Below, piece after piece: positions 19,007 through 28,513 of a stretch of DNA of 64,000 bases. The number at the start of each line of letters is the position of its first letter. Positions within the stretch are counted from its first letter, which is position 1. This DNA comes from a virus: the IMG/VR virus record IMGVR_UViG_3300021375_002698; one strand, 5' to 3'. Below the pieces are notes generated by a model that was given only the letters and a program-made list of their open reading frames with translations, had not been told where the DNA came from and did no database searches. The translations under genes were made by a program, and so were the position numbers.

Positions 19007-19294
19007 TTGAGTATTTTAGTAAATAAATTTCCGTTACATGATGGTATAAGAGTGATTCCTGAGAAAACATCTATTAAATATACTAAAACTTACACGGGTT
19101 ATATACCTTATCATGGTCGTATTGTATATGATATTACATGTGAAGTTGCAGGACATGATTTTGTAATTTCATGTTCAAAAGATGTAGAAGATAATATGGA
19201 TTTGATTCGGGTAAACAATATTATACGTAATGACTTTTTATTACCGCTTTATTGGAAAGACGTGTTTGATGAAAAGTTTCCGTTAATCGTGTAA
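19007..19294 (+). CDS. Hypothetical protein
   Basis: AAAGGA SD; ends GTG TAA on the next promoter. Confidence 0.7.
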   Translation: MSILVNKFPLHDGIRVIPEKTSIKYTKTYTGYIPYHGRIVYDITCEVAGHDFVISCSKDVEDNMDLIRVNNIIRNDFLLPLYWKDVFDEKFPLIV

Positions 19295-19372
19295 TATTTT
19301 TTATTAATATATTATAATATCATTGTAAGGAATTATTAAATAATATTTTTAACAGCTTTTGAAAGGCTTAAT

Positions 19373-19651
19373 ATGAGATGTAAAAATGAAATGGGAAATA
19401 GAGCTTTAGGTATGTATGTTAACAGTGAACATGTAGATGTGTCTAAAGAGTTAATAATTGATATAGTTCGTCAAATAGTAAAGAACTGTCATAATGATGG
19501 CTTTGATGAGATTGAAGCTGATGATTATTCTGAAGCAGGAATGATTAAACTATTTATGGAAGTTGCTAATGAAATAGGATATCATAGATTACAAAGAGAC
19601 TTGCAAAGTTTGTCTACAGGTTATAACTTCTGTTGTAGTAATTGTAAGTAG
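19373..19651 (+). CDS. Hypothetical protein, duplicate of 14525..14785
   Basis: High similarity. Confidence 0.85.
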   Translation: MRCKNEMGNRALGMYVNSEHVDVSKELIIDIVRQIVKNCHNDGFDEIEADDYSEAGMIKLFMEVANEIGYHRLQRDLQSLSTGYNFCCSNCK

Positions 19652-19690
19652 GAATAATATTTTCAACAACTTTTGAAAGGAGACTTTATT

Positions 19691-20500
19691 ATGGCTAGAA
19701 ACTTGAAAGTTTGGTCGTCATTAAACTACAGCAAAGAAAGCAAAAGTAGAAGTAATCAATACCAAAACACTATGTCTTCATTATTATTAAGCCTTCGCAA
19801 TGATAACAATGAGTACAGTAGAATGAGCAATAAGAATACAAGTCCTGACGTAATAAAAGCATATAAACATGCTATCAACAAGAGAATAGCAAAGTTAAGA
19901 GAGTTAAACAAGGGTAAAAACTGCCCTTTCGAAAGAATTCAAGAAGTCGAATATGGGAAGAAAAAAGTGGAGTATAAGGAGACTTTGTTTTTTATAGAAT
20001 ACCCGCAACCAAATTCTTCCTTAGCATATCAAAGGTCACATATAATTGACTTTAATGTTTTAAGCAAATTAAATAAAAGTGTTGTCTATGGAAAATTATC
20101 GTTATATAGTTTAGCGTTATTACTTTGGACTTTAGAGATGACATGCTGTTATGCAGATTCAACTAAAGAAAACAAAGAGCACCCTAAAAACAAAGACATC
20201 TCAGTAAGCAGTGGGTGGGAAAATGAACTGCCAGGAATTAATAATGTGAATGTTTATTTGAAAGAAGCAGGCGGTAAAAGTAGATTAATAAGCACAAAGG
20301 AATTCTTAGATATTAGAAAAGAGCTGTACGAAATTAAAGAATCGTTGACTAATGATATCAAAAAAAATCTAAACAATACAGAAGAGATATTCAACAAGTA
20401 CAGTAGGATTTTTTCTATGATATCTTTGTCTAGTGGTATAGCAATGGACTCTAGTATATTAGATAAAATAGTTAATAATATAGTTGATTTAATGATATAG
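19691..20500 (+). CDS. Hypothetical basic protein (start revised)
   Basis: AAAGGAG SD. Confidence 0.75.
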   Translation: MARNLKVWSSLNYSKESKSRSNQYQNTMSSLLLSLRNDNNEYSRMSNKNTSPDVIKAYKHAINKRIAKLRELNKGKNCPFERIQEVEYGKKKVEYKETLFFIEYPQPNSSLAYQRSHIIDFNVLSKLNKSVVYGKLSLYSLALLLWTLEMTCCYADSTKENKEHPKNKDISVSSGWENELPGINNVNVYLKEAGGKSRLISTKEFLDIRKELYEIKESLTNDIKKNLNNTEEIFNKYSRIFSMISLSSGIAMDSSILDKIVNNIVDLMI

Positions 20501-20554
20501 TTGATTTATCTGTCTACAGTTTTGTTTTTAACAACTTTTGCGGAGTCTATTTGT

Positions 20555-20707
20555 ATGAATAAAAAAGATAAGATTAGAATTGTTAAACATTCACTTACTG
20601 TTATAGAAGAGATGCAAGTTAGAATAATAGTTGTATTTTTGTTTGTACTGACTATCGTTATAACTTTTTGTCTTGCTACTCTTTTATATAACTATTTATT
20701 TAGTTAA
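20555..20707 (+). CDS. Small single-TM protein (start revised)
   Basis: GGAG SD within a leader variant. Confidence 0.55.
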   Translation: MNKKDKIRIVKHSLTVIEEMQVRIIVVFLFVLTIVITFCLATLLYNYLFS

Positions 20708-20809
20708 GATAAAATAAATTTATAAGTGTAATATGCAATATTGCAATGTATAATATACATGCAAGGAATTATTAAATAATATTTTTAACTTCATTTGAAA
20801 GATTTAATT

Positions 20810-21022
20810 ATGACAGTTTTAAAAGACATAAGAGATGAGTTTCGTTCTAGCATTTTAGAGTATATTCAAGATAATGACTGTTCGCTTGATGAGATTATTG
20901 AGCAAGTACCGCATGTTCCAATGGATGCTTTGTATAGTATTCTTGACGAATTAGAAGAAGAACAAGAAGTTATACATGATGTTGATCAAGATGTCTGGAG
21001 CATACATCCAGCAAACTTATAA
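20810..21022 (+). CDS. Small acidic winged-helix-like protein, paralog of 17553
   Basis: Promoter 20726; similarity. Confidence 0.7.
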   Translation: MTVLKDIRDEFRSSILEYIQDNDCSLDEIIEQVPHVPMDALYSILDELEEEQEVIHDVDQDVWSIHPANL

Positions 21023-21092
21023 AGTTTATTATTCGTATGATACACATATTGTATCGTCAATTATTTCATTCTATTTAAAAAAGGTAAGAAAC

Positions 21093-21434
21093 ATGTTCGA
21101 AGTAAATATTACACATAAACATTACTCAGAAGATATAATCAATTTATTATGTTCAGGTTTTGAAGGCGGAATTAATTATTGGGCGTCTGTTGTGCTTGAA
21201 GGCGGAAAGCATTGGTACGATATTGAGAATCCTGATTGGTGCGTTGCTGTATATGATAATGAAACTGATGACTTGTTAGGAAGACTTAATATATCATCAC
21301 TTCAGTCTGGATTAAAGACAATGCATGATATTGCGCCTAGTCATTATAACAACTTGTTAAAAGAGGATTGTGATGCTATTACAGGTGATGTATTTATACA
21401 GTGTTGTTTGTTTGATGAAATAGTTTACGGTTAG
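21093..21434 (+). CDS. Phage hypothetical protein (EGGINYWA ... DVFIQ..LFDEIVYG)
   Basis: AAAGG SD at revised start. Confidence 0.75.
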   Translation: MFEVNITHKHYSEDIINLLCSGFEGGINYWASVVLEGGKHWYDIENPDWCVAVYDNETDDLLGRLNISSLQSGLKTMHDIAPSHYNNLLKEDCDAITGDVFIQCCLFDEIVYG

Positions 21435-21437
21435 GAA

Positions 21438-21755
21438 TTGTTAATGTTTTTAACTACAAAGTTAAACCTTGTTGTTACTAGCAATGGTAAAGACTATTAT
21501 GAATTGCCTGCTAACTCTAACATAAAACTTTTAAGTGTAGAAGACTTTTACGATGTTAATAGCGAAACTATTCACTATAATTTAAATTGTAATATTATGA
21601 ATGGAGGATTTATAATAAACTGTAAACGATTTAGCAAAGAAAGTGATTTGGTTGTTAGAAACTCTGGTTATAGCAGTGTTTATCTTAATGATTTTCTTAG
21701 AGCGTGGTGTGATGTGTTTAAAGAAGAAGTACCAGATATTCTTCGTGTAAAATAA
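21438..21755 (+). CDS. Hypothetical protein
   Basis: AGGA SD. Confidence 0.65.
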   Translation: MLMFLTTKLNLVVTSNGKDYYELPANSNIKLLSVEDFYDVNSETIHYNLNCNIMNGGFIINCKRFSKESDLVVRNSGYSSVYLNDFLRAWCDVFKEEVPDILRVK

Positions 21756-21828
21756 AAAATTGTAGTGTATAATCTATATGCAAGGAATTATTAAATAATA
21801 TTTTTAACTGCTTTTGAAAGGTTTAATT

Positions 21829-22257
21829 ATGAGCAAGACTCCTATCCCTAATATTCTTAGTAATATAACTGCTGAAGATGCATGTGATATGATTTACAAC
21901 AGAATGTTAACAGATCTTCAATATCAGGAAAAGATTATAGTTAATGAGCAATATATGGCTGATGTTTTTTTAGATCCAGGTGAAAATACTCGATATCGTT
22001 TTAAAGAACTATATTCAAACAAAAACAACATCCCAAAAGACATTGATGATTATGAAGATGTGTACGAAGAATATCCAGCACTTTCTTTTATTGAAGAAAG
22101 AGTTTGTGAGAAAGATGGTGTTGAAATAGTTATAAATATGGGATTAAACTTTATGAGTGTGTATCATAGATACTTTGACTGTGATATGCCCAAAGAAGAA
22201 ACAGCTTATGGAAAGTTTATTGATATTATCAATGAAGGTGGCATTTACGCAATTTAA
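21829..22257 (+). CDS. Acidic hypothetical protein (start revised)
   Basis: Promoter 21745 and leader repeat. Confidence 0.75.
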   Translation: MSKTPIPNILSNITAEDACDMIYNRMLTDLQYQEKIIVNEQYMADVFLDPGENTRYRFKELYSNKNNIPKDIDDYEDVYEEYPALSFIEERVCEKDGVEIVINMGLNFMSVYHRYFDCDMPKEETAYGKFIDIINEGGIYAI

Positions 22258-22279
22258 AATAAAGGAATAATTATAGTGA

Positions 22280-22753
22280 ATGTTATTTAAAAGTAATAGA
22301 AAGAGATATAAGAATAATAAGATGCTTAATTTTCATTTCAAGAACCACAAAAAAGAAGAAAACTGGATAAATTCATTTATAAATTCAGGTTACTCGTTCA
22401 ACAAAGATGACTGTTGTGATGAAGTTGCTGTTATTATCTGTAAAGAGCTAATAGATAGAAAAGTAATAGACTTTGAAGTCATCGAAGGTTGGTTATGGGT
22501 TGACAATAAAAGAAAGCCGATTTCACATACGTGGATAGAGTTTAATGATGGAATGGTAATTGACCCTGTGTGCAGAATCAATTTAATGGAAAAGCATACT
22601 GAAGTGATTAGAGTTGATGGTCATACAAAAGTAAAGTATATACAAGGAAGTAAATTAAAAGACTCTTTTGAGTGGTTTGAAGAAAAAGTATACAACAGTC
22701 AAGAGTATATTGATAAGTATACATTATTAGAGCTGTTTAATAACATTAACTAA
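22280..22753 (+). CDS. Transglutaminase/papain-like fold protein
   Basis: DCC ... EGW ... HTWIE ... IDP (Cys-His-Asp spacing). Confidence 0.55.
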   Translation: MLFKSNRKRYKNNKMLNFHFKNHKKEENWINSFINSGYSFNKDDCCDEVAVIICKELIDRKVIDFEVIEGWLWVDNKRKPISHTWIEFNDGMVIDPVCRINLMEKHTEVIRVDGHTKVKYIQGSKLKDSFEWFEEKVYNSQEYIDKYTLLELFNNIN

Positions 22754-22778
22754 TCTTTTTACTTTTAAAACTAGGAAT

Positions 22779-23018
22779 TTGTTCATGGTAAATAAAAAAA
22801 TTAGTCAAACAAATCAATTTCAAAACATTCTATTTAAAGTACAAGTATTTGAATCTAATGGAAGTTGTATAGAAATGCATTGCCTGGGCAAAAGCGATGT
22901 TTATAGTTTTATTGAAGAACAAAAGTTATTGATTGGTTTGTCAAGATATCAAGGATACAAATGTGTTCCTATAAAATTATCGATATTTGCAAAAAGTGTT
23001 TTTAATAAAAAAAGTTAA
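22779..23018 (+). CDS. Hypothetical protein
   Basis: AGGA SD. Confidence 0.55.
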   Translation: MFMVNKKISQTNQFQNILFKVQVFESNGSCIEMHCLGKSDVYSFIEEQKLLIGLSRYQGYKCVPIKLSIFAKSVFNKKS

Positions 23019-23050
23019 AACGATATAAGTTTATTTAAAAAAGGATTACT

Positions 23051-23290
23051 ATGAAAATTGCAACGTGGAAGATTCCTGAAAGCTTTTCAGCAGATAGAAA
23101 TGTCTCAATGACTTGCAGAATTAAACATTATAGATTTGACATGAATCATTTCTTGATTGACAACACGCAAATTGTACCAACAGTGCAGACAACAAAAAAC
23201 GTATTGTATTCATACGACTTCTTCAGCGCTGTATTAGCTGTTGATGAAAACTCTTATGTAAAGCATACTGAATTTAATTCAGCACCTTGA
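23051..23290 (+). CDS. Hypothetical protein
   Basis: AAGGA SD. Confidence 0.65.
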   Translation: MKIATWKIPESFSADRNVSMTCRIKHYRFDMNHFLIDNTQIVPTVQTTKNVLYSYDFFSAVLAVDENSYVKHTEFNSAP

Positions 23291-23386
23291 CATACCAATT
23301 GTGTAAAAAAAAATATAATTTATTTATAATTTTTTTGTTAGGAATTATAAATAAATTCAAACAATTAATTAAAAAAGGAATTTAAA

Positions 23387-23545
23387 ATGGATCTTTTATT
23401 TACATACGCTTTTTTTATATTTGTATTCGCTTCGTTTATTATTACTATTTTATTTATAGACAGCAATCCAGAGGTATCTTTGCTTATTTGGTGTTGCGTT
23501 GTTTTATATACAGTAATAGATATCTTAAGAAAGAGTGAATTGTAA
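23387..23545 (+). CDS. 52-aa two-TM protein
   Basis: Promoter 23301, AAAGGA SD; hand translation. Confidence 0.65.
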   Translation: MDLLFTYAFFIFVFASFIITILFIDSNPEVSLLIWCCVVLYTVIDILRKSEL

Positions 23546-23641
23546 AAGTATCTTAGTGTATATGCATTTAAGCTATGTTGAGTATGTGTATAAAAAAGTA
23601 TGTGATGTACATAAAATACCAGTTTTTTGTAGGACTAAATA

Positions 23642-23890
23642 ATGATTAAAATCAAGCAAAACATGACATCTATAAAAAGGTTATTAAAAATGAACGTTAA
23701 TCAAGAAGAAATAAAAAAGCTCAGTTTTTCATTGAACAATTTCATAGAAAACAAGAGTTGTATAGTTGACATTACAATTAACAATAAGTCTTTAAAAATA
23801 AAGCGCAGTGATGACTTATATTTTATAGAAGATTACGGATGGACAAGCGCGTTTGGAATATATTGCAAAATCACGAACAAGTATGATTAA
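23642..23890 (+). CDS. Hypothetical protein
   Basis: AGGA SD. Confidence 0.6.
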   Translation: MIKIKQNMTSIKRLLKMNVNQEEIKKLSFSLNNFIENKSCIVDITINNKSLKIKRSDDLYFIEDYGWTSAFGIYCKITNKYD

Positions 23891-24175
23891 AGAATAAATC
23901 TTAAGTGTGCTGAATTATATTGTAGACTTAAATAAACTATAAGTAAGTTATTTAAATTAAAAACAGCGCAGTAAGAAGTATCTTAGACTTAAAAGTACGA
24001 TATAGTTGTTACACTTAAAGATAAACTTTGTTTTAATAAAGCTTAACAATTTTTTATTTGAGTAAACAAACTTTGAATTTTCAAATAAAAAGACTGTTGT
24101 ACAATTAAAGAGTGTAATTTTTTATAATATTTTTTATAATATTATTGTAAATAAAAAAAGTCATTAGGAGAAAAA

Positions 24176-24325
24176 ATGTTAGACTTATTAATTTTAATAT
24201 TTATGATGTCAACTGCTTATGTAGCAGGTATTACTGTTTACATTAAACATGATGATATAAAGAAATCAGTACTTGCATTTTTAGTTATTCAGTTAACTTT
24301 CGTATATTGTTCTTTTTACATATAA
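24176..24325 (+). CDS. 49-aa two-TM protein
   Basis: Promoter 24112, AGGAG SD; hand translation. Confidence 0.65.
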   Translation: MLDLLILIFMMSTAYVAGITVYIKHDDIKKSVLAFLVIQLTFVYCSFYI

Positions 24326-24339
24326 AGGAGGAAAAAATT

Positions 24340-24549
24340 ATGAGTAATGATACATATAGATTTAAAATGATAATGAAAGAAATGGAATTCTTGCTAGAAG
24401 AAGCTTATGAAATTCTTCCAAATGGATCACATTGTTCTTCTTTATCATATAGTACATGGTATTCTATAATAAAGTCAGCAATTCATGATGAAGAAGAAAA
24501 TGAATATGATATGAATGAAGCATTAAAACAACTAAATTCTTTAGAATAG
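24340..24549 (+). CDS. Hypothetical protein (start revised)
   Basis: AGGAGG SD. Confidence 0.7.
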   Translation: MSNDTYRFKMIMKEMEFLLEEAYEILPNGSHCSSLSYSTWYSIIKSAIHDEEENEYDMNEALKQLNSLE

Positions 24550-24551
24550 AA

Positions 24552-25091
24552 GTGGATATTATGGAAAACTCAAAATCAAAATATACAGCTTTGTCTGGCA
24601 ATACACTACCTAACAAAGACATCATGTCATTCGTTGCAGAGTATGCTAAAGATACAAGTTTCAGCATCCTTGATTGGGGCGCAGGAAAAGGTCGTCATAC
24701 TAAAGCGTTAAGATCATTAGGTTATAAGGTGTGGAGCTATGATCCTTACAACGGAAAAGATACAGAAGATGGTTATAATAATGTCTCTAGCAGATTACCA
24801 ACAGAAAAACATGACTTGGTCTTTTCTTCTTACGTTTTAAATGTTATACATGAATGTGATTTAGATAAAAATATAAAAGTGATGGAAAGCTTTACAAAGA
24901 GCAATGGAATTATTTGTCACAAAGTTCGCGAAGATAGTGAATTAATTAATAAAACTGTTAAAGCTAAATGTAAGTCAGTATTAGGCAAAAGAGGAAGCAT
25001 ACAGAGACTAATTCTTCAAACAGACTTGAGTGACTACAAAAGAGACAAAAAAAGAAAGATTTATTTCAAAAAGATTGAAAGAAAGAAATGA
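24552..25091 (+). CDS. Class I SAM-dependent methyltransferase
   Basis: ILDWGAGKGR, YDPY, SSYVLNVI. Confidence 0.8.
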   Translation: MDIMENSKSKYTALSGNTLPNKDIMSFVAEYAKDTSFSILDWGAGKGRHTKALRSLGYKVWSYDPYNGKDTEDGYNNVSSRLPTEKHDLVFSSYVLNVIHECDLDKNIKVMESFTKSNGIICHKVREDSELINKTVKAKCKSVLGKRGSIQRLILQTDLSDYKRDKKRKIYFKKIERKK

Positions 25092-25092
25092 T

Positions 25093-25389
25093 ATGAGTAT
25101 TTCAAATTCAATAAATAAGTATACGAAGACTGCTGTTATATTTTTCATAATAGGTAAACTTTTGTTTATACCTACTGTGATCAGCATTTTTGATAGAGAC
25201 CAAGAATCATACACATTATTAATTACCTTGTATATATATGCTATTACATCGTCAATACTCTTTTCTTTGTATGGATCATATAAGATGAATAATATGAACA
25301 AATCAAAAGAATTAAAAAGTAGTGACAACGGGACTTTTTTAATAAAAGTAAAGAATGGTAATATAATCGAAGTTTTGCAAAATATATAA
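25093..25389 (+). CDS. Two-TM membrane protein (start revised)
   Basis: Two hydrophobic segments. Confidence 0.6.
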   Translation: MSISNSINKYTKTAVIFFIIGKLLFIPTVISIFDRDQESYTLLITLYIYAITSSILFSLYGSYKMNNMNKSKELKSSDNGTFLIKVKNGNIIEVLQNI

Positions 25390-25412
25390 CACATTATAGA
25401 AAAGAGTATTTA

Positions 25413-25667
25413 ATGTGTAAGAGTGTTTTGTTTAATTTTTTTCTTTTGGTAATCATTTTTTTAAGTTTATATAATGAGTATCTTTTAACTACTAAATGCA
25501 AAATCTACTTAAGGAAAAAAGATTTAGTAATTAATAAGTCAAAAAAAATAGAAGACTTTTCAACGCTATCTAGCATTAAAACAAATAGTAGTAGTGCAAA
25601 GAGAATGATTTATAAAGCATCACATGTAAAAAAAACTTTTAATAATCAAATTTATTTAAAAAACTAA
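25413..25667 (+). CDS. Single-TM hypothetical protein
   Basis: N-terminal hydrophobic helix. Confidence 0.5.
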   Translation: MCKSVLFNFFLLVIIFLSLYNEYLLTTKCKIYLRKKDLVINKSKKIEDFSTLSSIKTNSSSAKRMIYKASHVKKTFNNQIYLKN

Positions 25668-25676
25668 GGTTAGTAT

Positions 25677-26207
25677 ATGAGATATTCACTTTCTGAAAAA
25701 GAAGCTTGTTTAGCATTTAAAGTTGCAAATGCTAGAATGAGTAAAGCTAGAGAAAATAATATATTTGAAAACAAGAAATCAAAAAAACATTCAAGCTTTT
25801 TTATAGACTACAATGGCGCTGCTGGTGAAATTGCTTTTTTAGGTTTAATGTTGTCGGAAAAAATAATTTCAAACATAGAATATGATAAAAACTTAAAGCT
25901 TATTACATCGAGTCAAATAAAGTCAGCGTTTAAAGGAAAAGATGACGGTGACTTAGTAATAAAGAATATAAACATTGATGTAAAAACAAGTGTTTATAGC
26001 AGCGCGCATCTCTGGATTACAGAGAATAAAAAGTATACATCTTTAATTGATGGGTATGTTTTAATGACAGGTAACGTTGAAAAGTCTTATAATTTTTTTT
26101 ATAAGGGCTATTTATCACATAGTTTTGTTTTAAAAAACTGGAACAATACAACTTCAAAAACGAGTGGAAAATTTAGTCAAAAAGATTTAACAAATCTACC
26201 ATTCTAA
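25677..26207 (+). CDS. PD-(D/E)XK nuclease-like protein
   Basis: GAAGE.A ... DGDL ... IDVKT. Confidence 0.6.
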   Translation: MRYSLSEKEACLAFKVANARMSKARENNIFENKKSKKHSSFFIDYNGAAGEIAFLGLMLSEKIISNIEYDKNLKLITSSQIKSAFKGKDDGDLVIKNINIDVKTSVYSSAHLWITENKKYTSLIDGYVLMTGNVEKSYNFFYKGYLSHSFVLKNWNNTTSKTSGKFSQKDLTNLPF

Positions 26208-26220
26208 GAAAGGTTGAGCT

Positions 26221-26385
26221 ATGTCAAAAAAAAACGTAGAGTGTAGTTTATGTAAAAAAAACATGGACTTTTATATTCATGACTGTGGTAAATCAATTAG
26301 TATGTATTACGGGTGTAAAACATGTGAAGACTACTGCGGAAAGTGTAAAGTTAAAACAAACAAAAAGGATCAGACTAATGCTTGA
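26221..26385 (+). CDS. 54-aa Cys-rich Zn-finger-like protein
   Basis: CSLC, CKTC, CGKC; AAGG SD; hand translation. Confidence 0.6.
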   Translation: MSKKNVECSLCKKNMDFYIHDCGKSISMYYGCKTCEDYCGKCKVKTNKKDQTNA

Positions 26386-26731
26386 GAACATTGTAACGTA
26401 TAAACTTGTAAGTTTTTTTAAAGATACATTTAATTTGTATTATGAAGTAGAAGATTTTAGGAATAATAATTTTAAACCCTTCTTTAATGCTGATCACTAC
26501 AAAGACTTTGACATTTTTATAGTTTCTTTCCCTGTAAAGAGTTCTATAGAATGCGCTGAAGTTAGAATCAGATTAAAAAATATTAGTTATGTATTAAAAG
26601 ACACACATGATATTGAAATTAATTTTAAAAATATAGTTTTTGATTATAATAAACACTTTGAGAATGAAGTTGTATCGATAAATAATATGTCTGTAGAAGA
26701 AGTTTTTGAAAATGAATCATTGTTTTGTTAG
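26378..26731 (+). CDS. Hypothetical protein (start revised)
   Basis: AAGGA SD before ATG 26378. Confidence 0.65.
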   Translation: MLENIVTYKLVSFFKDTFNLYYEVEDFRNNNFKPFFNADHYKDFDIFIVSFPVKSSIECAEVRIRLKNISYVLKDTHDIEINFKNIVFDYNKHFENEVVSINNMSVEEVFENESLFC

Positions 26732-26991
26732 AAAGGAAAAATTATGTATTGTTATTATGACTACTTTCTAGAAATTTGTTTGTGTATAGAATTGATTAAT
26801 GTATAAAGGGACTTGAAATGATTACTGAAAATATTGTTATAAGATGTGAAAAAGAAAAGAAATACTATGCTAGCTGCATTGAAAAGATTAATGAAGCATT
26901 AGTTGAGTATGAAAAAAAAAAGAAAGTAAAAGATGATAGCAACAACTTGCCTAGAGGTTATAAATTCTTTAAGATGTCTAAAGTATAACGT

Positions 26992-27792
26992 TTATATTTT
27001 TAAAAAGTTTAGTATATCAGCTCTTGTTGCGCCTAATGAAAGATTAGATTTACTATAAGACACATTTATGTTTCCACACACATAACCATTAGCATTATAA
27101 ACAGCAGACCCAGAGCTTCCTGGTAATGATTCTATTGTATAAAGATTAGTCTTTACTTTTTTATTTTCTTGACTATCTAGATATATACCTGAAAAATTTC
27201 CTTCTCTAAATGGTGCTGATCTTTTGCTATAAAAACCACCTGATGCTGAAATGTTGTATATTCTTTCGCCATACTTACACTCAACATTATTGACTAAGGA
27301 CTTAACTCCCCACTCTTTAATAGTAGTAAATTTACATAAGTCAGTATTATGATCTTTTTTTACTATTTTATCAAAGATATATCTGTTTCCAAAAAAGTCT
27401 TTAATGTAAATTTCAGGAATAATATTTATTTTTTCTTTTACATCTTTACTGTTAAAAACATTTGATATTACTGCTGCAGAAATTATAGAATCTTTTATCA
27501 TTTTAAACTGCTTAGGATCTTTAAACTTTATTGACTCTTCACAAACATGTTCAGAAGTTAGTAGTACTGTTTTATTTTTTTGATGATCAACTATAAACGA
27601 AGAAGCTCTCATGAAGGGTCCATCAATTATTTTACTCATCAAACGTAAAGCAAGCAAATCAACTGTGTCTTTGTTTATTGCAGTTACTTTAATACCGACG
27701 TGAATCATACCAAAAGATTTCTTCATGTGATCTACAGGAATGACTATATCACTAGAGATAATTAAAAAAATAGAAATAATAAATTTAAACAT
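26992..27792 (-). CDS. Secreted trypsin-like serine protease
   Basis: LTSEHVC, DLC, PGSSGS triad motifs; signal peptide. Confidence 0.85.
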   Translation of the reverse strand: MFKFIISIFLIISSDIVIPVDHMKKSFGMIHVGIKVTAINKDTVDLLALRLMSKIIDGPFMRASSFIVDHQKNKTVLLTSEHVCEESIKFKDPKQFKMIKDSIISAAVISNVFNSKDVKEKINIIPEIYIKDFFGNRYIFDKIVKKDHNTDLCKFTTIKEWGVKSLVNNVECKYGERIYNISASGGFYSKRSAPFREGNFSGIYLDSQENKKVKTNLYTIESLPGSSGSAVYNANGYVCGNINVSYSKSNLSLGATRADILNFLKI

Positions 27793-27839
27793 TATAGGCC
27801 TTTTTTAGTGTAACTTTTGTTTACTTATATTATAATATA

Positions 27840-28199
27840 TTGATGAGGAGATTAAAATTGAATAAATTTATATTAATTATAGTAACTTCAGCAATATTTA
27901 GTTGCACTAGTAATAGTAGATTAAAAGAAAAGCGCTTTTTAAGAAGTTGCAGCGCTGAAACTAAAATTAAAGATATTGTAATCAACAAACTTTATAGAAA
28001 AGTAAAAGTTATAAATGCACTATTGGAAGAGAAAAGAAAAGATAGAACAGAAAAAAAGCATAAATCTGATATTCTTTTCTCTAGACTAAAAACTTGCAGA
28101 AAAGGATTACTAGACTGCAAAGTAAAAAGATATAGACAATTAGAGTATAACAAGCTGTTAAAAGACCAAATAGAAAGTGAAGTTTGCAATGAAAACTAA
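27840..28199 (+). CDS. Putative coiled-coil lipoprotein
   Basis: IFSC lipobox-like; promoter 27808. Confidence 0.55.
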   Translation: MMRRLKLNKFILIIVTSAIFSCTSNSRLKEKRFLRSCSAETKIKDIVINKLYRKVKVINALLEEKRKDRTEKKHKSDILFSRLKTCRKGLLDCKVKRYRQLEYNKLLKDQIESEVCNEN

Positions 28200-28440
28200 C
28201 GTTAATAATAAAACAAAAGAAGATGATTTAGTAATGCCTGAAAAGTTTATAATGCTTATGGTTTCCGAAAACGGAAAATATTATTGGATTACTTCTTCAA
28301 ACATATCTGAAAAGCAAAAAGATGTTCTAAGTAGAGTTCATGCTGTTATTGAAAAGCCTTCTTATATTTTGCTTGTTATATTATACATTGAAATTTATTT
28401 GTTAAGCTTTTTCACGTATGTTAAGAGCATATTTAAGTAA
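28177..28440 (+). CDS. Membrane hypothetical protein
   Basis: C-terminal TM. Confidence 0.55.
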   Translation: MKFAMKTNVNNKTKEDDLVMPEKFIMLMVSENGKYYWITSSNISEKQKDVLSRVHAVIEKPSYILLVILYIEIYLLSFFTYVKSIFK

Positions 28441-28513
28441 TTTAATTGTGTGTAATAATTTATAAATTTATAATATAATAATTTTGTAACATATACTCTT
28501 TGGAGGAATTTTA

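Larger units (their letters stand above)
12318..21821 (+). repeat. Dispersed leader/RBS repeat TTTAAC(A/T)GCTTTTGAAAGG
   Basis: Exact copies at 12318, 12711, 12928, 14500, 15244, 15855, 17527, 19348, 21803; variants near 13312, 17841, 19662, 20527, 20784; each precedes an ATG. Confidence 0.92.

Noticed and set aside
12298-21828. TTG/GTG starts giving MKG... or TAFER N-termini
   Set aside because: They translate the leader/RBS repeat; the true starts are the ATGs after GAAAGG
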